From: Candidatus Dormibacteria bacterium
GTDB taxonomy: Bacteria; Chloroflexota; Dormibacteria; Aeolococcales; Aeolococcaceae
Direction of reading: 5' to 3'
Length of the DNA stretch: 64,000 nt
NCBI GenBank assembly: GCA_049521435.1
Contig: JBEKOU010000003.1
Location: 12,688-76,687, forward strand
Made by a program: the position numbers and the translations under genes. Positions 35,602 to 44,562 of this stretch are shown here, piece by piece (positions within the stretch are counted from its first letter, which is position 1; every line of letters begins with the position of its first letter). The notes beneath the pieces were generated by a model that did not search any database, was not told the DNA's origin, and saw only the letters and a list, made by a program, of their open reading frames with translations.

Positions 35602-36807
35602 ATGGCTGAGATCACCCTTTACGGAGCGCCGTGGTGCCCCGACTGCAAGCGGTCCAAGAAGTTCCTCGCCGAGCACCGGGTCCCCTTCGTCTGGGTCGAC
35701 ATCGACGATGACCCGGAGGGCCTCCGGTTTGTCGAGGAGCTGCAGAAGGGCGGCCGGACGATCCCCACCATCGTCTTCCCCGAGGGGGACCACCTGCTGG
35801 AGCCGTCGGACGGGGACCTGGCCCGGCGCCTCGGGCTCAAGCTGGAGGCGGATCGTGCCGCCTACGACCTCGCCATCGTGGGAGGGGGGCCGGCCGGACT
35901 CGCCGCCGCCATCTACGCGGCCCGCGAGGGGATCAGCGCCCTGGTCGTCGATCGCAGCGCGCTCGGCGGGCAGGCGGGCGTCACCGAGCGGGTGGACAAC
36001 TACCCGGGCTTCCCGGAGGGGATCGGGGGCGCCGAGCTGGCCGAGAGGTTCGTGGCCCAGGCTCGGCGCTACGGGGTGGAGATGCTGGCGGCGGTCGCGG
36101 TCGAGGGGCTCGAGCCGGATGGGACGGACACTGTCCTGCGCCTGTCCGGAGGCCAGCGGGTCTGCGCCCAGGCGGTGCTGGTCGCGGCCGGCTCCTCCTA
36201 CCGGCGGCTCGGCGTGCCCGGGGAGGCGGAGCTGATCGGCGCCGGCGTCCACTTCTGCGCCACCTGCGACGGCCCCTTCTACAGGGGCGCGGACGAGCTG
36301 CTGGTGGTGGGGGGCGGCAACTCCGGCCTCGAGGAGGGGATGTTCCTCAGCCAGTTCGCCGAGCGCATCCGGGTCGTGGAGTTCAACCCCGAGCTCAAGG
36401 CCTCCCAGCTCCTCCAGGACAAGGTCCGCTCAGACCCCAGGTTCACCGTCCACACCAACACCGAGGTCACGGAGCTGCGCGGCAGCCCGAGGCTGGAGGA
36501 GGTGGTCGCCCGCGACCGCCAGAGCGGTGAGGAGCTGCGCTGGCATCCGCGCGGAGCCTTCGTCTTCATCGGGTTGGACCCCAACACCGCCTTCCTCCAG
36601 GGGACGGTGGAGCTGGACCGGTGGGGGTTCGTCGTCACCGACGGCTACGCAACCTCCCAGCCGGGGGTGTTCTGCGCCGGCGACGTCCGGGCGGGGTCGA
36701 CCAAGCAGCTCGGGTCCGCCGTCGGCGAGGGGATCGCCGCCCTGCTGGAGATCAGGCGGTACCTGGAGAAGAGCCGGCAGATCGCGCCCCACGCGGTGAA
36801 CGCGTAG
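35602..36807 (+). CDS. glutaredoxin-like domain fused to thioredoxin-disulfide reductase
   Basis: N-terminus ITLYGAPWCPDCKRSKKFL...GGRTIPTIVF (Grx/NrdH fold, CPDC). Then DLAIVGGGPAGLAAAIYAAREG, HFCATCDGPFY (CxxC) and VVGGGNSGLEEG. Confidence 0.9.
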   Translation: MAEITLYGAPWCPDCKRSKKFLAEHRVPFVWVDIDDDPEGLRFVEELQKGGRTIPTIVFPEGDHLLEPSDGDLARRLGLKLEADRAAYDLAIVGGGPAGLAAAIYAAREGISALVVDRSALGGQAGVTERVDNYPGFPEGIGGAELAERFVAQARRYGVEMLAAVAVEGLEPDGTDTVLRLSGGQRVCAQAVLVAAGSSYRRLGVPGEAELIGAGVHFCATCDGPFYRGADELLVVGGGNSGLEEGMFLSQFAERIRVVEFNPELKASQLLQDKVRSDPRFTVHTNTEVTELRGSPRLEEVVARDRQSGEELRWHPRGAFVFIGLDPNTAFLQGTVELDRWGFVVTDGYATSQPGVFCAGDVRAGSTKQLGSAVGEGIAALLEIRRYLEKSRQIAPHAVNA

Positions 36808-36893
36808 CGCGATCCTCCTCCGCCACCACCCACCGCAGCCGTTCCGGGTACCGTTCGCGACGTGCACGACCCCCGCTGCCGGACCCCGCGCTG

Positions 36894-38114
36894 ATGCTGG
36901 GCCTGGTCTTTGATCCGCGGCCGGCGCGCCTCGCCGTCGCCGGGGCGCTCAGCCGCATCGATCCGCTCTGGGCTCTGCGCGGCTCCGGACCGCTCGGTCT
37001 GCGCAGGCTGCCCGACCCCCTGTCTCCCGGGCCTGGGTGGGTCGCCCTCGAGCCGATCTTCACCGGCGTGTGCGGCAGCGACGTCACTCAGGCCACCCTC
37101 CAGGCGGACTGGGACAACCCGCTCTCCGGCCTGGTCTCCTTCCCCCACGTCATGGGCCACGAGATCGTGGCCCGGGTCGCCGACCCCGCCGGGACCGACC
37201 TCTCGGGCGGGGAGACGGTGGTGGTCAACCCCTGGCTCGGATGCGCGGCGCGCGGGCTGCCGCCGTGCCCCGCCTGCACGGAGGGGATGCTCCCCCTCTG
37301 CGCCCACCAGGGAGAGCCCCTACCGGGCGTCTCGGGGAGCGGTATCCACACGGGAAACATTCGCGGGCTGCCGGGGGGGATGGGCACCCGGATGCACGCC
37401 CACCGCTCCCAGTTGCGCCGGCTGCCGGACGGGCTGGAGCCTCAGGCGGGGGTGCTCGCAGACCCGCTGGCGGTGGGCGCGCATGCGGCGGAGCAGGTCC
37501 TCGGCGGGGGGCGGGTCGAGCCGCCCGGCCTGGTCGTCGTGCTCGGCGCCGGCACCATCGGCCTGGGGGTCGCCGCCTCCCTGCGGCGGCTCGGCGCGGA
37601 ACGGGTGGTGGTCAGCGCCGCCTGGCCGTACCAGCGGGCGCTGGTGGAAGCCCTCGGGGCGGGGACCGTCTCCCACCGCCCGGAGGTGGTGGTGCACCGC
37701 ATCGCCGAGGCTGCCGGAGGCAGGCTGAGCAGACCGTGGCGTGGCCTCCCCTGGCTCATCACCGGCGGCGCCGCGGCCGTGGTCGACGCGGTGGGCAGCA
37801 CCGCCACCGCCGAGCTGTCCCTGGCGATCGTCCGTCCCGGAGGGAGGGTGGTGCGTGTCGGGGTGGGCCGCGCCCGGCGCACCCAGGCGACCCTCACCTA
37901 CTTCAAGGAGGTCACCGTCGTGGGGTCCAACGGATACCGCCGCGATGACATCGACACGGCGCTGGCCATGCTCGCTCACGGCGACGTCCCCTGGCGTGAC
38001 TGGCTCACCCATCGCTTCCCCCTCGCAGCCTGGCGCGAGGCGTTCCGCACCGCCGCGCGACCCCAGGACCACGCGGCGGTCAAGGTCACCCTCGCCATCG
38101 GGGAGCCGGAGTGA
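36894..38114 (+). CDS. zinc-binding medium-chain alcohol/polyol dehydrogenase family protein
   Basis: ATG at 36894 within track ORF 36621..38114. GVCGSDV, HVMGHEIVARV and VLGAGTIGLGV (Rossmann). Confidence 0.8.
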   Translation: MLGLVFDPRPARLAVAGALSRIDPLWALRGSGPLGLRRLPDPLSPGPGWVALEPIFTGVCGSDVTQATLQADWDNPLSGLVSFPHVMGHEIVARVADPAGTDLSGGETVVVNPWLGCAARGLPPCPACTEGMLPLCAHQGEPLPGVSGSGIHTGNIRGLPGGMGTRMHAHRSQLRRLPDGLEPQAGVLADPLAVGAHAAEQVLGGGRVEPPGLVVVLGAGTIGLGVAASLRRLGAERVVVSAAWPYQRALVEALGAGTVSHRPEVVVHRIAEAAGGRLSRPWRGLPWLITGGAAAVVDAVGSTATAELSLAIVRPGGRVVRVGVGRARRTQATLTYFKEVTVVGSNGYRRDDIDTALAMLAHGDVPWRDWLTHRFPLAAWREAFRTAARPQDHAAVKVTLAIGEPE

Positions 38115-38183
38115 GGGCGTAGGCTCAGGCGAAGTTGCGAGCACAGGCTCACGGCAGCCGATCCGAAACCTGGGAGACGTTCG

Positions 38184-39050
38184 ATGCAGGAATGGAGTGG
38201 GGTCGCCGGCAAGCGGGTGATCATCACCGGCGCGACGGGCGGGATCGGGCTGGCAGCGGCACGGGAGCTGGCCCGCCGCGGCGCGCGGCTCTCGATCGTG
38301 GCCCGTAGCGAGTCGAGGGCGGCCGACGCGGTTGCCCAGATCACGGCCGCGGGTGGCCCCGCGACGGAGGTCGAGGTCCTCTATGCGGATCTCAGCTCGC
38401 AGGCGTCGATCCGCAAACTTGCCGCTGAGATCCTGGCCAAGCACCCCACGATCGACGTGCTGGCCAACAACGCCGGCGGCGTCAACAGCTCGCGGCGCCT
38501 CACCGAGGACGGCCTCGAGCTGACCTGGGCGGTGAACCACCTCGCCCCCTTCCTGCTCACCAACCTTCTCCTCGAGCGCATCAGGGCGAGCGCACCGGCT
38601 CGGATCATCACCACCAGCTCAGGGGCCCATCACGGCGCGCACATCCCCTTCGACGACGTCAACGCGGAGAGGGGATACCGGACGGGCGGCTTCTCCCGCT
38701 ACGGGCAGTCCAAGCTGGCCAACATCCTCTTCACCACCGAGCTGGCGCGACGGCTGGAGGGAAGCGGCGTCACCGCCAACTGCTTCCACCCGGGATTCGT
38801 GGCGAGCGGTTTCAACCGCAACAACGGCGCGCTGATGGCCTTCGGCATGACGCTTGCGCGGCCCTTTGCGCGCAGCACCACGAAGGGCGCGGACACCCTG
38901 GTGTGGCTCGCCGACTCGCCCGACGTCTCCTCCGAGACGGGCGGGTACTTCACCAACCGCAAGCGCAAGCTGCCGAGCGCGGCGGGGCAGGACGCGGCGG
39001 CGGCGCGCCGGCTCTGGGAGCTCAGCGCGGAAGAGACCCACGTCGGGTGA
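38184..39050 (+). CDS. SDR family oxidoreductase
   Basis: VIITGATGGIGLAAAREL, LANNAGG and YGQSKLANILF (YxxxK). Confidence 0.9.
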   Translation: MQEWSGVAGKRVIITGATGGIGLAAARELARRGARLSIVARSESRAADAVAQITAAGGPATEVEVLYADLSSQASIRKLAAEILAKHPTIDVLANNAGGVNSSRRLTEDGLELTWAVNHLAPFLLTNLLLERIRASAPARIITTSSGAHHGAHIPFDDVNAERGYRTGGFSRYGQSKLANILFTTELARRLEGSGVTANCFHPGFVASGFNRNNGALMAFGMTLARPFARSTTKGADTLVWLADSPDVSSETGGYFTNRKRKLPSAAGQDAAAARRLWELSAEETHVG

Positions 39051-39072
39051 CCGCCGGCGCGTGACACCGACG

Positions 39073-40041
39073 ATGCCCGCCTGGACGCGCGACCTGGCCA
39101 CGATGGCGGGCACCCTGCGCCTCCGGGCCGCGGCGTTGCGCCCGGTCCCCGCCGCAGCGCCCGATCCCGGTGGTGTCTCGGTCAAGGTGCGCAATCCCGC
39201 TCCGATGAATCTCACCGGGCGCCTGCCCCTCAACAAGCTCTGCGAGCTGGAGGACTGGCACGATCCGCGTCGTGTCGCGGCGATCCGGCGCTGCCTCCCC
39301 TACCTCGTGGCCATGCGGCCGGACTTCCCCCTCCAGATGGAGCACCGCAAGCACTGGGAGTTCGCCCAGCTGCTCTGCGGCCTGGAGGAGCTCTCGGCCG
39401 TCGATCCCGGCAGCCTCGTGCTCTCCGTCGGTGCGGGCCACGAGGAGCCCGTCTATGAGCTGACCAACCACGTCCGCTGGGTCTTCGCCACCGACGTCTA
39501 CGGCGGCACGCAGTTCGGGTCCCTGGAGGGCGACGGCCGGATGCTCGTCTCCCCCGACCGCTTTGCCCGCGCCCCGTACCAGCGCAACCGCCTCGTCTGC
39601 CAGTGGATGGACGGCCTGGATCTCCGCTACGAGGACGGCACCTTCGATGTCGCCTTCTCGCTCAGCTCCATCGAGCATTTCGGGGGCTTCCATGCCGCCC
39701 AGAAGGCGCTGCAGCAGATGGCGCGGGTGGTCAGGCCGGGTGGTGTCGTCGCCATCGCGACCGAATGCATCCTGAACGGCACCGCCGGGCATCGAGGCCG
39801 CGGTCTGGCCCTCTTCACCCCATCGGAGATCGCGGCACTGGCGCACTCGTGCTCGGAGCTGGAGCTGGTGGAGCCCATCGACTTCGGCATCAGCCCGGCG
39901 ACCATGAGCAAGGTTCAGCCGCTCTCGGAAGCACTGATCGAGGCGCGGCGCCACCTCACCGACTACCCCGCCATCGTCTTCGAGCACCGGCGGCGGCAGT
40001 ACACCTCGGTGTTCCTCTTCCTCCGCAAGCTGGGCGGGTGA
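39073..40041 (+). CDS. class I SAM-dependent methyltransferase
   Basis: VLSVGAGHEEP, FDVAFSLSSIEHF and RVVRPGGVVAIATE. The start is uncertain (GTG 39061 or ATG 39073). Confidence 0.7.
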   Translation: MPAWTRDLATMAGTLRLRAAALRPVPAAAPDPGGVSVKVRNPAPMNLTGRLPLNKLCELEDWHDPRRVAAIRRCLPYLVAMRPDFPLQMEHRKHWEFAQLLCGLEELSAVDPGSLVLSVGAGHEEPVYELTNHVRWVFATDVYGGTQFGSLEGDGRMLVSPDRFARAPYQRNRLVCQWMDGLDLRYEDGTFDVAFSLSSIEHFGGFHAAQKALQQMARVVRPGGVVAIATECILNGTAGHRGRGLALFTPSEIAALAHSCSELELVEPIDFGISPATMSKVQPLSEALIEARRHLTDYPAIVFEHRRRQYTSVFLFLRKLGG

Positions 40042-40050
40042 GGTGGGCTG

Positions 40051-41151
40051 GTGAGCGGCACGATCCGGGAGCCGGCTCGGCGAGGAATCGTCCTGGCGGC
40101 GCTCGTCCTTCTGATCGGCTGCGGCGGCTCGCCCGGCTCGAACCCGGGGGGCGCGTCTGGAACGTCAGCCTCGGCGGACGAGACGCCGGGAGCATGGCGG
40201 GTGGTCGGCGTCCCGAGCGGCGGCACAGCCCTGAACGACATCGCCTGCGTCTCCGCGGCTGACTGCTGGGCGGTCGGAGGAGCGGTGGAGGGGACGGCGG
40301 GCGTCGAAATCGAACACGACGTGAATGGCACCTGGACGCTGGCCGGAGGCGGTGAGACCGGCCAGCTGAACGGCATCGCCTGCCTCGCCAACGGTGTCTG
40401 CTGGGCGGTCGGGGAGGGCCCGTACGGCCCGCTCATCGAGACCTTGGCGGGCGGTGCGTGGCGGACGGTGGCGGCCCCGGACGCCGGCACCCCCTACTGG
40501 CTGGATGACATCGCGTGTCCCGCGCCCGGTGATTGCTGGGCGGTCGGTGGCGGACCGGAGGCACTCGTCGAGCACTACTCGGGAGGTGTGTGGGCGGTGG
40601 TCCACAGCCCCTCGTTGGTCTCGGGTACCGCCGAGGTCGTCGCCCTGGGTGGGATCGCCTGCCCCGGCCAGGACGACTGCTGGGCGGTGGGTGGCACGGC
40701 GATCGAGCACTACACGGGCACCGCCTGGGCGCTCGTCACCACCCCCACCGGCGATTCGGGCGGCAGCCTCGAGAGCGTCGCCTGCGCCAGCATCTCGGAC
40801 TGCTGGGCGGTGGGCTCGACCTCCGCGCCCTTCCAGCCCCTGTTCAACCGGTACGCGGGCGGCGCCTGGACGCTCGCGAGCGGCCCCGCTGTCAGGGGAA
40901 ACAGCTTCCTGCAGGGGGTGACGTGCCTCACGACTGGGGACTGTTGGGCCGTCGGTAGCCGGTCCGGCAATTCTCAGCCCCTGATCGAGACCAACGGGGA
41001 CGGCGCGTGGACGGTGGTCGACAGCCCGACCCTGTCCGGCCAGCGCTCGGCGGGCCAGCTGCAGAACGTCGTCTGTGTCGCCTCCGCGGACTGCTGGGCG
41101 CTCGGGGACTCGAACGACGGGGTGCTCGTCGAGACTGACGCGGCCAGCTGA
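40051..41151 (+). CDS. lipoprotein built from seven about 45-aa propeller-like repeats ending in C-x6-CWAVG
   Basis: Lipobox LVLLIGCGG. Seven repeats: DIACVSAADCWAVGG, GIACLANGVCWAVGE, DIACPAPGDCWAVGG, GIACPGQDDCWAVGG, SVACASISDCWAVGS, GVTCLTTGDCWAVGS, NVVCVASADCWALGD. Each is preceded by a G-x-(A/V/T)-W-x-(V/L/T)-(V/A) element. Confidence 0.7.
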   Translation: MSGTIREPARRGIVLAALVLLIGCGGSPGSNPGGASGTSASADETPGAWRVVGVPSGGTALNDIACVSAADCWAVGGAVEGTAGVEIEHDVNGTWTLAGGGETGQLNGIACLANGVCWAVGEGPYGPLIETLAGGAWRTVAAPDAGTPYWLDDIACPAPGDCWAVGGGPEALVEHYSGGVWAVVHSPSLVSGTAEVVALGGIACPGQDDCWAVGGTAIEHYTGTAWALVTTPTGDSGGSLESVACASISDCWAVGSTSAPFQPLFNRYAGGAWTLASGPAVRGNSFLQGVTCLTTGDCWAVGSRSGNSQPLIETNGDGAWTVVDSPTLSGQRSAGQLQNVVCVASADCWALGDSNDGVLVETDAAS

Positions 41152-41171
41152 CGGCCGACCGGCGAGGAGCC

Positions 41172-41630
41172 TCAGCGCGGAGGCGGCAGCCCGGCCAGCT
41201 CGTCGAGGTGGGACGTCCAGTGGAAGGTCCGGTCGAGCATCGCCCGGCGGCCGGTGGTCAGCGCAGCCTCCACCGCCGCAGGGCTGAGGGCGGCGATCCG
41301 CTCGACGACCTCACCGGCGGCCTCGATCGCCTGCGCCACCGCGGCCGCCGGAGGGAGCGCCAGCCAGAGGGGCAGCCCGGCCGCGTTGACCAGGTCCATG
41401 TGCGAGTCGGGGAGGCTCTCGATGACGCCGTCCCGCACGTACAGGTCCCAGCGGGCGAGCACCAGGCGATCCCAGAAGGCGAGATGGGCAAAGACGGCGG
41501 ACGGGGTCCACCCACCAGTCAGCTCGGAGGGCAGCTCGCCGGCGAGCAGCCGGGAGCCGAGGCCGCGCAGTCGCGCCAGCTCCCCCGCGTTGCGCGCGAG
41601 ATGCGCACGCTCAGCCTCAGACATCGCCAC
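41172..41630 (-). CDS. DinB-like four-helix-bundle family protein (tentative)
   Basis: 152 aa with WTPSAVFAHLAFWD and a C-terminal FHWTSHLDEL, His-containing helices reminiscent of DinB_2. Weak call. Confidence 0.45.
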   Translation of the reverse strand: MAMSEAERAHLARNAGELARLRGLGSRLLAGELPSELTGGWTPSAVFAHLAFWDRLVLARWDLYVRDGVIESLPDSHMDLVNAAGLPLWLALPPAAAVAQAIEAAGEVVERIAALSPAAVEAALTTGRRAMLDRTFHWTSHLDELAGLPPPR

Positions 41631-41710
41631 GGATGGTGCCAGATGGAGCGGCTCGGCGGAGCAGGGTCGCGACCATCGGGGTAGGGGTGAATGTGTCGAT
41701 TCTCAAAACA

Positions 41711-41736
41711 TTTCGTCACGAATCTTTCGTCACGAA
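41711..41736. promoter_or_regulatory. two tandem copies of TTTCGTCACGAA (each containing the dyad TTCGT-C-ACGAA) upstream of the glucosidase gene
   Basis: Exact 12-mers at 41711-41722 and 41725-41736 in an AT-richer patch of the 178-nt divergent intergenic region. Confidence 0.45.
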
Positions 41737-41808
41737 AAGAATTTCGGAGAGACCGTCCCCCGGTGCGGGCCGTCGGACCGTCCCACCCGGACTGAGACAA
41801 TCGAGGCG

Positions 41809-44415
41809 ATGAGCCCTCATCCGGCCGCCGGCACCGCCGAATGGCAGCGGCTTCAGGAGGTCCCGCGCGGGCGCGCTCCCTGGCGACACTGGGGCCCGTA
41901 CGTGAGCGAACGCGCCTGGGGCACCGTGCGCGAGGACTACAGCGCCGACGCCGACGCGTGGAAGTTCTTCCCCTTTGCCCATGCCCGCTCGCGCGCCTAC
42001 CGCTGGAACGAGGACGGCCTGGGCGGGATCTGCGACGACCGCCAGACCCTCTGCCTCGCCTTCGCCTTCTGGAACGGCGTGGACCCGTTCCTCAAGGAGC
42101 GCATCTTCGGGCTCGACGGCCACCAGGGCAACCACGGCGAGGACGCCAAGGAGTACTGGTGGTACCTGGACTCGACGCCCACCCACTCCTGGATGAGCTG
42201 GCGGTACATGTATCCCCAGCGCCGGTTCCCCTACGAGCAGCTCGTCCAGGAGAACGGGCGGCGGGGCCGTCACGACCCCGAGTACGAGCTGGCCGACACG
42301 GGCATCTTCGACGGCGGCAGGTACTTCGAGATCACCGCCGACTACGCGAAGGCCGGCCCGGAGGACATCCTGGTCGAGCTGTCGGTGCGTAACCACGGTC
42401 CCGACCAGGCCGACCTCCACCTCCTCCCCACCCTCTGGTTCCGCAACACCTGGTCGTGGGAGGGCGACCACCATCGCCCCGAGATCAGCGCTGAGGGGGG
42501 CAGCCTGCGTTCGTCGCACCCCCTCCTCGGCCGCCGGCGCCTGGATGCCTCTCCGGGAGCGACGCCGCTCGCCTGCGACAACGAGACCAACAGCCGCCGG
42601 CTCTGGGGCGGTGGCGGGCCCGCGTACCCCAAGGACGGCATCGGCGACCACGTCGTCAACGGGACACCCACCGTGCACCCGGGCCGGCGCGGCACCAAGG
42701 CGGCGCTCTGGTACCGGCTGACCGTCCCGGGCGGCGGGACCGCATCGGTGCGGCTCCGACTTCACGACGCCGTTGCGCCCGCCGACCTCGGCGACGCGTT
42801 CACCGCCGTCATGGAGCTGCGCCGCCGGGAGGCGGACGAGTTCTACGCGGCGCTGACCCCGGCACACCGCAGCGCCGACGAGAAGACGGTGATGCGCCAG
42901 GCGTTCTCCGGGATGCTCTGGGGCAAGCAGTACTACCACTACGACGTCGACCGCTGGCTGGACGGCGACCCCGCCTTCCCTCCTCCACCGCCGGCCCACC
43001 GGGAGGGCCGCAACCGCGACTGGCGGCATCTCGACAACCGCGACGTCATCTCCATGCCCGACAAGTGGGAGTACCCCTGGTATGCGGCGTGGGACCTGGG
43101 CTTCCACTGCGTGGCCCTCGCTCACGTGGATCCAGAGCTGGCTAAGAGCCAATTGATCCTGATCTGCCGGGAGTGGTACATGCACCCCAACGGCCAGCTC
43201 CCGGCCTACGAATGGGACCTCTCGGACGTGAATCCTCCGGTCCACGCCTGGGCGGCGCTGCAGGTCTTCGAGATCGCAGGCGACCGCGACTACGACTTCC
43301 TGGAGCGCGTCTTCCACAAGCTGGTGATCAACTTCACCTGGTGGGTGAACCGCAAGGACGCCGAGGGGCGCAACCTCTTCTCGGGCGGGTTTCTCGGGCT
43401 GGACAACATCGGCCCCTTTGACCGCTCCTCGCCGCCGCCCGTCGCGGGACGGCTGGAGCAGTCCGACGGCACCGCCTGGATGGCGATGTACTGCCTGGGT
43501 CTCCTCGAGATCGCGCTGACCCTGGCGGATCACGACGACACCTACGAGGACATCGCCACCAAGTTCTTTGAGCATTTCACCCTGATCGCGGTGGCGATGA
43601 ACCGGCAGGGGCTGTGGGACGAGACCGACGGGTTCTACTACGACACCATCCACGAGGACGACGGCAGCCACACCCCCCTCCGAGTGCGCTCGATGGTGGG
43701 GCTGGTACCGCTGATGGCGGTCACCGTGCTCGAGCCCAAGGTGCTCGCCAAGCTCGGGGACTTCCGAGCGCGGATGGAGTGGTACACGCACAACAAGCCC
43801 GAGGTGCAGAGCGTGGTGGAGCACTGCCACGTCCCCGGTCATCGCGACCGCCAGCTCCTCTCCATCGTCCAGCCCGACAAGCTGCGCCGGATCCTCGGTT
43901 ACGTCCTGGACGAGGCCGAGTTCCTTGGTCCGTATGGGCTGCGTTCGGTCTCCCGCTTCCATGAGCAGCATCCCTTCGTGCTCTCCTACGCGGGCGGCCA
44001 GGAGGCTCGGGTCGACTACGAGCCGGGGGAATCCCGCACCGCCCTCTTCGGGGGCAACTCCAACTGGCGGGGACCGGTATGGTTCCCGCTCAACCACCTG
44101 GTCGTCCAGGGACTCCGACGGTTTCACTCGTACGTGGGCGACGAGTTCCAGGTGGAGTTCCCGACCGGCTCGGGGCGCCGGCTGACCCTCGGCGCGGTCG
44201 CGGACGAGATCTGCTCGCGGCTCGTCTCCATCTTCCGAGATGCCGGCGGCCGGCGCCCGGTGTTCGGGGAGACGCTGCTCTTCCAGGCCGACCCGGCGTG
44301 GCACGACCTGCTCCCCTTCCACGAGTACTTCCACGGCGACAGCGGCGCGGGCCTCGGGGCATCGCACCAGACGGGGTGGACGGGCCTGGTGGCCGACATC
44401 CTGGCCGAGCGGTAG
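41809..44415 (+). CDS. GH63-like (MGH1-like) glucosidase
   Basis: ATG at 41809 within track ORF 41254..44415. WRHWGPYVSERAWGTVREDYS, AYRWNEDGLGGICD, YPWYAAWDLGFH, GGFLGLDNIGPFDR and NWRGPVWFPLN are typical of the about 870-aa bacterial glucosidase family as I recall it. Confidence 0.8.
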   Translation: MSPHPAAGTAEWQRLQEVPRGRAPWRHWGPYVSERAWGTVREDYSADADAWKFFPFAHARSRAYRWNEDGLGGICDDRQTLCLAFAFWNGVDPFLKERIFGLDGHQGNHGEDAKEYWWYLDSTPTHSWMSWRYMYPQRRFPYEQLVQENGRRGRHDPEYELADTGIFDGGRYFEITADYAKAGPEDILVELSVRNHGPDQADLHLLPTLWFRNTWSWEGDHHRPEISAEGGSLRSSHPLLGRRRLDASPGATPLACDNETNSRRLWGGGGPAYPKDGIGDHVVNGTPTVHPGRRGTKAALWYRLTVPGGGTASVRLRLHDAVAPADLGDAFTAVMELRRREADEFYAALTPAHRSADEKTVMRQAFSGMLWGKQYYHYDVDRWLDGDPAFPPPPPAHREGRNRDWRHLDNRDVISMPDKWEYPWYAAWDLGFHCVALAHVDPELAKSQLILICREWYMHPNGQLPAYEWDLSDVNPPVHAWAALQVFEIAGDRDYDFLERVFHKLVINFTWWVNRKDAEGRNLFSGGFLGLDNIGPFDRSSPPPVAGRLEQSDGTAWMAMYCLGLLEIALTLADHDDTYEDIATKFFEHFTLIAVAMNRQGLWDETDGFYYDTIHEDDGSHTPLRVRSMVGLVPLMAVTVLEPKVLAKLGDFRARMEWYTHNKPEVQSVVEHCHVPGHRDRQLLSIVQPDKLRRILGYVLDEAEFLGPYGLRSVSRFHEQHPFVLSYAGGQEARVDYEPGESRTALFGGNSNWRGPVWFPLNHLVVQGLRRFHSYVGDEFQVEFPTGSGRRLTLGAVADEICSRLVSIFRDAGGRRPVFGETLLFQADPAWHDLLPFHEYFHGDSGAGLGASHQTGWTGLVADILAER

Positions 44416-44434
44416 GATTGCCCGCTCGAAGGGA

Positions 44435-44474
44435 CCGTCGTGTGCTCCAGGGGGACCCGCCGTGTGCTCCAGGG
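44435..44474. repeat. 18-nt direct repeat CCGYCGTGTGCTCCAGGG x2 (22-nt period)
   Basis: 44435-44452 and 44457-44474 differ at one position. They lie just after the glucosidase stop. Confidence 0.4.
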
Positions 44475-44477
44475 TGG

Positions 44478-44499
44478 TTAAGGACACTTGCGTCCTTAA
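44478..44499. promoter_or_regulatory. AT-rich palindrome TTAAGGAC-6 nt-GTCCTTAA upstream of the EamA gene
   Basis: 8-bp arms read directly. Could be an operator or the glucosidase terminator. Confidence 0.3.
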
Positions 44500-44562
44500 G
44501 GCCACTGTGAGATGCACCCGACGCTCTGAGCACCGAGTGACGGGAACGGTGCTTTCGGCTCG

